A model generated the notes under the pieces. That model searched no databases, was not told where the DNA came from, and worked only from the letters and a program-made list of their open reading frames with translations. From a virus (lineage: Duplodnaviria; Caudoviricetes), in IMG/VR virus record IMGVR_UViG_3300033076_000903, positions 1-35,723 of that record: a stretch of DNA of 35,723 nt, one strand, 5' to 3'. Made by a program: the position numbers and the translations under genes. The stretch's first letter is position 1. Each line of letters opens with the position of its first letter. Of the stretch, positions 18,595 through 28,125 are shown piece after piece.

Positions 18595-20241
18595 ATGGCA
18601 CAAAGATACGACGAAGTCAAAATACCCTTTCAAAATATGACCTTTCATCCTGACATACCGTCAAGTGCCCTGGGTCCCAACGAATATAATTCAGGTTACA
18701 ATGTTGAAACAGACATACGCGGTATTAGAAGTGTGTTGGGCGATGAAGAGATACTAGAAGCCATACCAGGCACGCCCATATTCATCACAGGCGGTTACAG
18801 AGCCAACGGTGTTTGGTGGTTTATTGCGGCCACCAGCGATGGCAATTGGTGGGCAGCCAATGGCGCAGGTAGTTGGGTCAATGTTAGTCCTGGTGGCACA
18901 CCACTGAGTGGCTACAGTGAGGATACCAATATTACAGATTGTTGGAATGGTGATGTGTTGTTTGTAAACGATGGCCTGCACCCACCTATGTATCTGACTG
19001 CACAAGGCAATCAATTTGTGCAATATTCAAACAATCCAGGCGGTCCAGGTTATATCTGGAATTACAATCCTGCTTGGAGTGCGTTGACGGCAGGCTTCTT
19101 GCGTTTGTATAACACACCCAATGTGGGCAGTATTCTCATAGCAGGAAATTTGACCAGCACCAATGCCATATCAAGCATTCAAACCAATTTTCCCAACACT
19201 GTGCGTTGGAGTCAGGCATTTGGACTCAATGATGGACCCACAACCTGGGCACCCACCATCAACAACGTGGCCAATGAACTTGAAGTGCCTGTGCGTGGAC
19301 CTGTGGTAGATGGATTCCCCAGCGGTGGAAACTTTTATGTTTGCAGTTATTGGGACACTGTGGTGTTCTCACCAATCAATTTCCAAAGCACGTCAGCACC
19401 TGTGTTGGGCGTGCGATTACACAATCAAGGTCGTGGCCTGCTCAATGCCAACTGTTGGGCCAACGCAGACAATGAAGTGTATGGTGTAGATGCCAGAGAT
19501 ATTTGGGTTTTTGATGGCAATGAATTCAATGGTTTGGGCAATCAAAGAATCCGCAACTATTTCTTTGACAATCTCAATGTGGCCTACAGTGATCGTGTGT
19601 TTGTAGAAAACAACACCAGAAAAAATCAAATAGAAATTTACTATCCAGATCTCACGTCAACTGGATGGTGCAACAAGATGATCAGCTACAGATATGATCT
19701 CAAGGTATGGAATCCGCCCAGAGACATAGCCAATGCTTCAATGGCCTGCGAAGCACCCGTCTACGGTCCTTGGCCAGATAGCAGCGAATTGTTTGATGAT
19801 GCATCAAGAACCATTGTGTACAGTCGTGGTGTGGCCAACACCGCTGTGGTGCAAAAAGACATAGGCCATACTTTTATCAGTGACACCCCCATAGACAGCG
19901 AATTTAGACGCGACAACATTCAGTTGCTCAAAGATTACACAGGACACTTGTTGGTTCATAGAGTTTTGCCTGAAGTGGTTAATTTGAACGAGGTAGGTTT
20001 GCCAGTGGCAGAAAGCACAGGCAATGTGACCATTACCATAGGTGGATCAAACAGTGTAGGGCAAGATCCAGATTTCAAAACTGGCATAAACATAGCCTGC
20101 AACACAAACGATCCCTGGGCACAGATTGATCAAAATGCTTATCGTATCAACTCAATCAAGATATCTAACACCAGCAACACAGACACTTGGTTGTGCAGTG
20201 CCACAACCTGGCAATACACACAAACACAGGACGACAGATAA
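18595..20241 (+). CDS. Tail nozzle / tubular protein B-like beta-propeller (P22 gp10-like role)
   Basis: 548 aa, Trp/Asn-rich beta pattern with VRWS motif; position before the ejection genes. Confidence 0.7.
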   Translation: MAQRYDEVKIPFQNMTFHPDIPSSALGPNEYNSGYNVETDIRGIRSVLGDEEILEAIPGTPIFITGGYRANGVWWFIAATSDGNWWAANGAGSWVNVSPGGTPLSGYSEDTNITDCWNGDVLFVNDGLHPPMYLTAQGNQFVQYSNNPGGPGYIWNYNPAWSALTAGFLRLYNTPNVGSILIAGNLTSTNAISSIQTNFPNTVRWSQAFGLNDGPTTWAPTINNVANELEVPVRGPVVDGFPSGGNFYVCSYWDTVVFSPINFQSTSAPVLGVRLHNQGRGLLNANCWANADNEVYGVDARDIWVFDGNEFNGLGNQRIRNYFFDNLNVAYSDRVFVENNTRKNQIEIYYPDLTSTGWCNKMISYRYDLKVWNPPRDIANASMACEAPVYGPWPDSSELFDDASRTIVYSRGVANTAVVQKDIGHTFISDTPIDSEFRRDNIQLLKDYTGHLLVHRVLPEVVNLNEVGLPVAESTGNVTITIGGSNSVGQDPDFKTGINIACNTNDPWAQIDQNAYRINSIKISNTSNTDTWLCSATTWQYTQTQDDR

Positions 20242-23200
20242 TGACCACATTTGCTGTAACCAACAGTGATCAATTATTACCAGCAGTAAATTATCTACTC
20301 AGCAACCTAGATACCACAGGCTCAGGCAATGTGGTCCTGCCAGGCAATGTGTTGGTGGCCAACACTACCACAGGTGTGATCAGTCAAGAAGGCAATGCCA
20401 CGCCTTTTGGTTATTTGTATCAGTATGTGAATCTGCGCTACAGCAACAATGCCACAGGCACAGCAGGTTTTGATACTAATTCAAACAACTACAGCTATTT
20501 TGGTGTGTACAACAGCGCCACTAGTGCGGCCAGCGCAAATCCCAGTGCCTATCAATGGTATCAGGTCAGCCCACCATTTGACACGGCCACTTCAAGGACC
20601 TTGTATTACAGCGCCATAGGTGGTCGTCAAATACAATGGGCAGCCGCAAGTAGTCCACCCAGTACCAGTTATTTGGTCACTGTGGCCAATGTGGCCATTG
20701 ACCTGGATGTTGTGACCACGGCCACAGGCACACCAGGTGATCGTGGTCCTATAGCCCTGGCATTTGTAATAACCACAGCAGATCCCAATGGTGCCAGTGA
20801 CATACAACTTACAGGCTGGTTCAGTGCCAGTCGCGACAACACTAGCCCGCCAATTGGAACAGGATTGACGCCAGTGGTAGGCGACACAGCCACATTTACC
20901 TACACAGGTGGACCTGGCCAACCCAGTGCCACACTCAGTTACAATGGCAGTGCTTGGCTACCTGTGACAGGACAAGTGGTCAACGGCAATGTGATTATTG
21001 CCAACAGTGTGCCTGGCAATAGCGTGGTATCCAATTCAATTACCACCACTCAAATTGCCACCAATACCATAACAGCCAACAACATTGCGGCCAACACTAT
21101 AACAGGCAACAACATAGCCAGCAACACAATCACAGCTGGCCAAATTGCGGCCACCACAATTACCGCTGACAAAATTGCCACTGGCACTATCACAGCTTCA
21201 CAAATTGCTGGCAACACAATAACAGCCAACAACATACAAACTGGCACACTGACCACAAACTTGTTTACAGCCAATACCATCAGTGGTAATATTATTACAG
21301 CAGGCACGCTGAGTGCTACCGCCATTATTGCCAACACATTTGCTGCCAATACCATCAGTGGTCAGGCCATTGACAGTGGAACTATAACCACTGACAAGCT
21401 GGCAGCCAATATACTGGCAGCCAACACAGTGGTGTCCACAGGTGCCACGCTTGGCAACATCAACAGTCCTGGTTTTTGGTTGGATGGCAACACAGGCAAT
21501 GCCAGATTTGGCAACAGTGTCAGCATTGGCAACAGTCTTACCGTGGGCAACAATGCCATCATAGGTGGTAATCTTGTTATTTCTGGCTTGGTCAGCAGTG
21601 GAAATCTCATCAGCAATGTGGTTCAAACCAACAACATTGTGACATTCAGCGTGACCAATACTGTGTTTGCTGATGCCAATCCAGATCCAACCCAGATCAC
21701 CTACACCAACAATGCCAATTTGTATCCCAACAACACCAGAGGACAGGCTGTGCCCAACGGTATTGCCTTGATACCAACAACCACAGCGGCCACACAGGGA
21801 TCCAAGATTCTGGTCAACTATCAGACCTATATCAGCAGTTCTGCCAACAGCGAATACAATTTAGTTGAATTGTGGAAAGAAACTACCAGTTACAGCAGTC
21901 AATACAATTTGACCAGCATTGCCAAGTCATATCCAATGGGCAACACCACTCCTGCAAGTAGCACTCAAAACGTTTTGGTTGTTACAGGATCAAATGGTGC
22001 TGTGCTATACAGTTATGATGGCTTGGCCGCTACGTGGACCAATGCCAGCAACAGCACGGTGACCAACAATTGGTCAGCTGTGGAAATGTATGGTAATGTT
22101 TTTGATGGACCTGGTGGTAGTGAAGGTGGTAGTTATATTTTAAATACCTTTGATGCCAATGGTGTGTATTGGGCCAAAAGCGTGGCCAACACAACCAACG
22201 CTTTGGCTGCATTGACTTCTACTTTTAGTGGCATCAGCACTTATACCAATGGAACAGGCACCACAATCAATGATGCTGTTTTACTCACAGGCGGCAGTGC
22301 AGGTTTTCCTAACTGGATGAATCCTGCTCTTCAACCACACCTGTATGTGGGCAACAGCGGAACAATTTATCGTAACAGTCGCTGGTTGAGTGGCAACACT
22401 TGGTCTGGCAATGTCACAGCAGAAACATCAAATGTGGTCACAGATCTGTATGCTGTAGCCGTTGATAGAAGTCCTGATGTGCCACCAACTTCAACCACTT
22501 TGAATTTGGTAGCAGTGGGCGCACAAGGCACCATTATTACCAATTCAAGAGTGATGAATGGCACCAACGGTAGCCAAATATCAACCACAGGATGGAACTC
22601 AAGAATCAGTAACACAGTGCAAAATCTCAATGGTGTGGTTTACAACAGCACAGACAATGCCTGGATGGTTGTGGGCAATCAAGGCACGGTTCTCACCAGT
22701 TCTGGATCCACAGGTGCAACTTGGACCACCAAATCCAGTCCAACTCCTGCCAATCTCAATGACGTCACAGTTTTTGAACTTGGAACCGCACCTTTTACCA
22801 GATATTGGATAGCTGTAGGCGATGGTGGCACCATATTGGTCAGCACAGATATAGGCAATACCTGGACCACAATTTCCAATCCTGCCAGCAATGGAACCTT
22901 GGGATTTGTCAGAAATCTCAATGCAGTTGCAGTTCAAAACATAATGTCAACCAAGTATGTGTTGGCCTGTGGTGAAGGTGTTATTCTCAAAGCAGAAGCA
23001 CCATTTACTACCTGGACCACGGTGTATGACGCAGGTTTCGTGCAAAATCCAGATCTACAACGTGTGGAATACTATGGCAGTTATGCCAATGTGTTTACAA
23101 CCACACAACCCAGCACCATACAACGACTTGGCAACAATCAAGTCATAGCAGGAACTTTTATTGATTCAAACTTTACCGCCAACATACCTGTGAAGTATTA

Positions 23201-23282
23201 TCTGTATGCTGGTAGTCTCTTGGCCAATTCAGCTGTGTATGTGCAAGGTTCAACCTTGACTGCCACAGAATTCAAACGATAA
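20241..23282 (+). CDS. Large tail protein (1013 aa; start revised from 20187) with ITA..IA..T decapeptide repeats and C-terminal BNR-like propeller repeats
   Basis: TAATG overlap; repeats at about 20985-21440; AVG..GTI..S.D.G.TWT units in the C-terminal third. Confidence 0.8.
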   Translation: MTTFAVTNSDQLLPAVNYLLSNLDTTGSGNVVLPGNVLVANTTTGVISQEGNATPFGYLYQYVNLRYSNNATGTAGFDTNSNNYSYFGVYNSATSAASANPSAYQWYQVSPPFDTATSRTLYYSAIGGRQIQWAAASSPPSTSYLVTVANVAIDLDVVTTATGTPGDRGPIALAFVITTADPNGASDIQLTGWFSASRDNTSPPIGTGLTPVVGDTATFTYTGGPGQPSATLSYNGSAWLPVTGQVVNGNVIIANSVPGNSVVSNSITTTQIATNTITANNIAANTITGNNIASNTITAGQIAATTITADKIATGTITASQIAGNTITANNIQTGTLTTNLFTANTISGNIITAGTLSATAIIANTFAANTISGQAIDSGTITTDKLAANILAANTVVSTGATLGNINSPGFWLDGNTGNARFGNSVSIGNSLTVGNNAIIGGNLVISGLVSSGNLISNVVQTNNIVTFSVTNTVFADANPDPTQITYTNNANLYPNNTRGQAVPNGIALIPTTTAATQGSKILVNYQTYISSSANSEYNLVELWKETTSYSSQYNLTSIAKSYPMGNTTPASSTQNVLVVTGSNGAVLYSYDGLAATWTNASNSTVTNNWSAVEMYGNVFDGPGGSEGGSYILNTFDANGVYWAKSVANTTNALAALTSTFSGISTYTNGTGTTINDAVLLTGGSAGFPNWMNPALQPHLYVGNSGTIYRNSRWLSGNTWSGNVTAETSNVVTDLYAVAVDRSPDVPPTSTTLNLVAVGAQGTIITNSRVMNGTNGSQISTTGWNSRISNTVQNLNGVVYNSTDNAWMVVGNQGTVLTSSGSTGATWTTKSSPTPANLNDVTVFELGTAPFTRYWIAVGDGGTILVSTDIGNTWTTISNPASNGTLGFVRNLNAVAVQNIMSTKYVLACGEGVILKAEAPFTTWTTVYDAGFVQNPDLQRVEYYGSYANVFTTTQPSTIQRLGNNQVIAGTFIDSNFTANIPVKYYLYAGSLLANSAVYVQGSTLTATEFKR

Positions 23283-23304
23283 AGGCAGTATTTTACCCTA
23301 CCAA

Positions 23305-23310
23305 TAAATA
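23305..23310 (+). promoter_or_regulatory. TAAATA putative promoter, leaderless
   Basis: AATAAATA-CATT-ATG (23315); no SD; sits in a 32-nt intergenic gap. Confidence 0.7.
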
Positions 23311-23314
23311 CATT

Positions 23315-26300
23315 ATGGCTCTAACAATACCAAAAAGTTTTTCAGGCTCTACTGCCAGTATCAAAAGTCAGGCAGAAGCATTGTTGGCCAAGGCCACCAC
23401 ACAGGCTGAAATCAATGCCATAACCTTGGCAGCACGCAGCAGCAGTGTGATGTTGAATTCTCAGGTCATATCAGATGCCAAGGCACGTGCAACCAAAGTA
23501 GAAGCTGATGCCAAGGCCGCCGCTGATGCCAAGGCCGCCGCAAAATCAACCACAAGCACACCACCAAAATCTGTAGCACCTGCCAAGAGTTTTGCAGGTG
23601 CTGGCAACAAATTTGCATTGCCAGATCCTAACAATAGAATCAAAAGTGTTATGGATCCCAAGGGCGGTGCCAGCGATCAAATCACAGATCCTGCCACTGG
23701 CACACAATATTACCTTTTTCCAACTTCGCCTACTCAAGCCGCCTGGTATGCAGTGCCCAAAAATTCAACCATAGCTACCCCTGTAAATCCTGCCACACTT
23801 ACAGCCACAGGTGATGGTATGACGTTGAAAACACTGACCACACAACGTCAGGCGTTCTATCAGGCCAATCCCACTGGCACAGCCAAAACAGCGCAGGCTC
23901 AAACGCAGGCCAAGGCAGCTGAACAAGCAGTTAAGACTCCAGCTCAATTGGCCGCTGAAGAGACCTTGCGTCAAGAACGTTTGGCACAACAACAACGTGA
24001 GCAGGTATATCAATCACGTATTAATCAGGCTTTGCAGACCAATCCTAACAATCCATTTGTCTATCAAAATTTGGTCAGCAATGCAACCAACAAAGAAGAA
24101 TTAGATTACATAGTTGGCGTGGCTGCCAAGACAGGACGTCCTGTTAATCAAGGTTATATTGATGCAGCCAACAAAGCTATTACCACGCGAGCACAACAAC
24201 AAACCGCTGCACAACAACAGGCACAAGCCAAACAATTTCAAGATCAGCTTGTTGGTGCCAAAGATCAAACCGCTTTTGACAAAATCATAGCAGATGCCAA
24301 AGCAGCTGGCGTCACAATCAATCCAGGTTATGTAAGCAGTGCGCAGACAGCTGTCAAACAACGCGAACAATTAGCAGCACAAGAAGCGTTAAGGTTGAAA
24401 ACGGAAGAATTTCAAAACAAAATCACAGCATCTACCTCAACAGACCAGATCAATAGTCTGGTGGCTGATGCCAAAAATCAAGGTATTACAATAAATCCTG
24501 TTATTGTAGAACGAGCACAAACACAAATCAAAAATATTCAGGCCACAGCAGACTTTGCCAAGACCTTGGGAACCCCTGCAGGATTTAGCAATAGGTTTAG
24601 TCCCTCTGGTCAGGAGTTTGTTAGTGTTGCAGATGATCCTATAACTGGAGTCAAAGGTGGATGGTATCAAGTTGTAGGTGGTAATTTACAACGTGTGGGT
24701 CCAGACGGTCGTCCACAAGGCGCCATTGTTCCTGTGCAAGAGTTTAATCAACAACGACAAGAAGCACAAGGCAATTATAATCTTTACGCAAGCAATCAGC
24801 AAAAAGCCGCAGATGCGACCAAATTAGCAGAACAAGTGGCAAAATTTGAAGCTGCACTTCCCAAACCTGGCACAGAGAAATACAATTATTTGCGTGCCAA
24901 CAGATACACGTTAGATGGTCCAGATGGCACTGTGTATGAAATATTTGATGCTGGCAAGGCCACTGGCAAACCTGGCGAATGGGTCAAAACAGCCACACCC
25001 ACAGGTGGACAATGGAATTCAAACACACAATTTGTCAGTGTGGCCAATCCCAAAGCCGCACCCATTGTCAAAAAAGAAATTGACACAGCCTATGTGCGAC
25101 AAAATGAAATAATCAATCAAGAAGCCCAAGAAGCCAGAATGCGCTTTGCCGCAGAACAGCGTGCCAAAGCCAACAGCAGTGCTTTAGGTGACTTGTTTGC
25201 GGACTTTGACAAACTGGTCAACAAAACCGTGGGTTGGAAAACCATAGCCACCATAGCTGGTAGCATAGTGGGTGGACCTTTGGGAGCAACCTTGGCCAAT
25301 GCCACAGCAGGTGCTGTGCGAGGTGAAAGTCTAGAAAGCATAGCCAAAGGCGCGGCCCTGACCTTTGCCTTGAGCTATGGCACACAGGCTTTGAGCCGTG
25401 CTCTCAGCGAAGGTGTCGCACAAGGCATTGACACAGGCGCATTACCAGCTGATGATGCTGTGTTTGAATTCAGCAACAACATTGCTACCTTGGACGATTA
25501 TGCTGGCATAGTAGACGATGTCCACGGTTTTGGTGATCTACCACAAAGTGTAATTGATGCGGCCAACGCCACATCTGATCCCATAGCCGCACTCAATGCC
25601 GCACAAGGCCTAACCAAAGTTGATCCTGCCTATCTACAACAGATTGGTGCCAGCGATGACCTATTGGCAGTGGCCAATGCTCACAACACTGTGAACACAG
25701 CCACGGGCGCATTTGGTGATTATGTGGGCGGCGAATACAGTTATATTCCAGATGAGTTTGTGGGTCCACCCGCAGAATTGGCAGGACCTGTGGCTCCGCA
25801 ACCATTTGCTCCAGGAAGCCCAGAATATCAGGCCTGGATGGAAGGACAAGCACAAGCAGCTGGACCACAGGCACCAGGCACGCAATATGCCAGCACAGGA
25901 CAAGTAACAGTTGGACCAGCACCAGATATTCAATACACTGAATTGCCAAGTCCTCCAACTTTTGCTGATGACATACCAAACATTGAAATTACAGGTGTAG
26001 GCAGCACAGGACAACCAGTGCCACCTGGTCCTACAGCACCAGTGCCACCTGGCACAGGCATCAGCACACCAGGCGGTGTAATACCCAGTATACCCACAGA
26101 AGCTATCATAGCCGCACCCATAATTGGAGGAGCTATAGCCATAGGTGGCGCAGGTGGTGGTGGTGGCGCCGCAAGCACAGTTGCCCCAGCACCTGGGCCA
26201 GTCTCCCCACCTACCACGGTGACCAATCCGCCTGTGGCTGAAGTAACACCTAGCCCAGAAGGTGACATTGTAGATGGTGTCCAAACTCCTGCTAACCCAA

Positions 26301-27310
26301 CACAACCAATACCAGCACCACAACCTACCCCACCAATACCAGACACACCAGTTATACCACCAGTGGTTGTTCCTCCTGGTGTTATAAATCCACCAGTGTC
26401 ACCTGGTCCTGTCACAGGCGGTCCAGGTGGTGGGCCTACCACAGGTGGACCAAGCGTGCCAGGAACAACACCAGGAACTGGTACAGGCACAGGAACAACA
26501 CCAGGAACTGGTACAGGCACAGGAACTGGCACAGGAACTGGCACAGGAACTGGCACAGGCACAGGAACTGGCACAGGAACTGGCACTGGAACTGGCACTG
26601 GAACTGGCGTGCCAGGTGGTAGCAGTCAGGTCATTGTGCCCAATCCAAATCCAACTGTGCCTACACAGCCTACAACCACACCAGGCGGTCCTGGACAAGC
26701 ACCCGTCACAGACTATTCTACACCTTATGAAGGCGCCTACAGCAACGAAAGTGTGCTGGAACGGTATTTGTCAGGTGGTCTTAGTTTTGACAACATCCTG
26801 GGCTTGATTGCCGCAGGACTTGTTTTACCTGCTGTTTTAGGTTTGATACCGCCAGGTGGTGTTAACATTCGCAGACCAGATTACGGTCCTATTCCGCCTA
26901 TCAACTGGGGCGCAGCTGGTGGTCTAGTGATGCCAGGCGTAAATCCAGGTTTTGTGATCAATCCTGCTCAACAACCATTTTATCAAACCACGGAACCAGG
27001 TCAAAGCAAGTATGCTTGGACACAACGCAACCTAATTACTAGACCAGAAGACATAACACCAACCTGGATGACACCACCTAACACGCCTGCTGTGCCATTT
27101 GGCCTGCGTGAAATGCAACGACCTTATGACCTAGGTCAGGTCTTGAATCAGATCAACCAACAACCTTTGAATCCTAATTTTGTTGGTTACAGCAATTTGC
27201 CTACTCCAGGATATGTACCACCCACATTCAATCCTGCTCAAGCAGTGCAGAACGCACAATATATACCCACAGGCACCAGTCCTGTAATGGCACCAATCCA
27301 GCCCTCATAA
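23315..27310 (+). CDS. 1331-aa low-complexity probable internal virion/ejection protein
   Basis: Ala/Gln helical repeats, glycine-zipper-like hydrophobic segments, Pro-rich and (GT)n tracts; located in the ejection-protein region. Confidence 0.7.
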   Translation: MALTIPKSFSGSTASIKSQAEALLAKATTQAEINAITLAARSSSVMLNSQVISDAKARATKVEADAKAAADAKAAAKSTTSTPPKSVAPAKSFAGAGNKFALPDPNNRIKSVMDPKGGASDQITDPATGTQYYLFPTSPTQAAWYAVPKNSTIATPVNPATLTATGDGMTLKTLTTQRQAFYQANPTGTAKTAQAQTQAKAAEQAVKTPAQLAAEETLRQERLAQQQREQVYQSRINQALQTNPNNPFVYQNLVSNATNKEELDYIVGVAAKTGRPVNQGYIDAANKAITTRAQQQTAAQQQAQAKQFQDQLVGAKDQTAFDKIIADAKAAGVTINPGYVSSAQTAVKQREQLAAQEALRLKTEEFQNKITASTSTDQINSLVADAKNQGITINPVIVERAQTQIKNIQATADFAKTLGTPAGFSNRFSPSGQEFVSVADDPITGVKGGWYQVVGGNLQRVGPDGRPQGAIVPVQEFNQQRQEAQGNYNLYASNQQKAADATKLAEQVAKFEAALPKPGTEKYNYLRANRYTLDGPDGTVYEIFDAGKATGKPGEWVKTATPTGGQWNSNTQFVSVANPKAAPIVKKEIDTAYVRQNEIINQEAQEARMRFAAEQRAKANSSALGDLFADFDKLVNKTVGWKTIATIAGSIVGGPLGATLANATAGAVRGESLESIAKGAALTFALSYGTQALSRALSEGVAQGIDTGALPADDAVFEFSNNIATLDDYAGIVDDVHGFGDLPQSVIDAANATSDPIAALNAAQGLTKVDPAYLQQIGASDDLLAVANAHNTVNTATGAFGDYVGGEYSYIPDEFVGPPAELAGPVAPQPFAPGSPEYQAWMEGQAQAAGPQAPGTQYASTGQVTVGPAPDIQYTELPSPPTFADDIPNIEITGVGSTGQPVPPGPTAPVPPGTGISTPGGVIPSIPTEAIIAAPIIGGAIAIGGAGGGGGAASTVAPAPGPVSPPTTVTNPPVAEVTPSPEGDIVDGVQTPANPTQPIPAPQPTPPIPDTPVIPPVVVPPGVINPPVSPGPVTGGPGGGPTTGGPSVPGTTPGTGTGTGTTPGTGTGTGTGTGTGTGTGTGTGTGTGTGTGTGTGTGVPGGSSQVIVPNPNPTVPTQPTTTPGGPGQAPVTDYSTPYEGAYSNESVLERYLSGGLSFDNILGLIAAGLVLPAVLGLIPPGGVNIRRPDYGPIPPINWGAAGGLVMPGVNPGFVINPAQQPFYQTTEPGQSKYAWTQRNLITRPEDITPTWMTPPNTPAVPFGLREMQRPYDLGQVLNQINQQPLNPNFVGYSNLPTPGYVPPTFNPAQAVQNAQYIPTGTSPVMAPIQPS
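26461..26608 (+). repeat. Tandem repeat encoding (Gly-Thr)n
   Basis: An exact 30-nt unit twice (26461-26520), then GGAACT/GGCACA/GGCACT hexamer runs. Confidence 0.95.
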
Positions 27311-27311
27311 A

Positions 27312-27338
27312 CCAGGATCACAACAATGCAACTAAATA
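27312..27338 (+). promoter_or_regulatory. CCAGG-N16-TAAATA putative promoter of the ejection/Dps operon
   Basis: CCAGG 27312-27316, TAAATA 27333-27338; AGGAG SD then ATG 27361. Confidence 0.75.
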
Positions 27339-27360
27339 TAACACTATTAGGAGAAACACA

Positions 27361-28125
27361 ATGAGTTTTGGAAAATCAGGCGGTGGTAGCACAACTTATA
27401 CCACACCAGAACTGACCCCAGAGCAACGCCAACAGATTGCGGCTCAAACAGAATTTTTTACAGGAACCATTGCTCCTACCTACAAACAAGCTGTAGGCGG
27501 TGCCACTGACCTATACAATTTGGGTGCCCCTGGAGTAACCAGAGCCGCACAGAATCTGGCAGGCACTGCAGGACAAGTTCAACAGACCGTGGGTGAAACA
27601 GGCGAAAGCGCCTTGCGCACAGGTATCACAGGTCTTCAAAACCTGTTCAGCAAAGATTATGAACAACAGCAATTACAAGCCGCACTATTGCCAGCACAAC
27701 AACAATATATGCAGAACCTGGCCAATCAACAGGCTCAATTTGGCGGTGCAGGCAATTTGGGTTCAGCCCGTAGTGCCTTGGCTCAAACTCAATTGGCTGG
27801 TCAAGCACAGGCCGCTCAACAGGCAGCCGCCGCAGGCGTCTTGCGTGACATAGCCGCACAGCGAGCAGGTGTAGGCACAACCTTGGCACAACTAGGTCAA
27901 GGTGGACTTGGACAGGCCTTGGGTGCCGCAGGACAAGGCGTCACTGCTGCAATGACTCCGCAACAACTCTACAACCAATACGCTAGTGTGATATTTGGCA
28001 CCCCAGCTGCCAGCTACACACCAGACTTCCGTGGCACACAAGGTTCCACAGTTAGTCGTCAAGGCAGTGAATACAACTTTGGTATTGGTGGTGGACGAGG
28101 CTTATTTTCAGGATCTGGACTATAA
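27361..28125 (+). CDS. Probable DNA ejection/pilot protein (254 aa, Gln/Ala/Gly-rich)
   Basis: MSFGKSGGGS start and AGNLGSARSALA motif typical of podovirus internal proteins. Confidence 0.7.
   Translation: MSFGKSGGGSTTYTTPELTPEQRQQIAAQTEFFTGTIAPTYKQAVGGATDLYNLGAPGVTRAAQNLAGTAGQVQQTVGETGESALRTGITGLQNLFSKDYEQQQLQAALLPAQQQYMQNLANQQAQFGGAGNLGSARSALAQTQLAGQAQAAQQAAAAGVLRDIAAQRAGVGTTLAQLGQGGLGQALGAAGQGVTAAMTPQQLYNQYASVIFGTPAASYTPDFRGTQGSTVSRQGSEYNFGIGGGRGLFSGSGL

Noticed and set aside
22141-22146. TAAATA inside the large tail gene
   Set aside because: It is gene-internal, lacks the CCWGG box and has no start codon 4-6 nt downstream; treated as chance.
25930-26598. Long minus-strand ORFs opposite structural genes (for example 25930-26598, 14626-15366, 7400-8020)
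   Set aside because: These are shadow frames of strongly biased + strand coding sequence, without promoters or SD sites.
26461-26608. Tandem repeats as a CRISPR array
   Set aside because: There are no unique spacers; the units are in-frame Gly-Thr codons.
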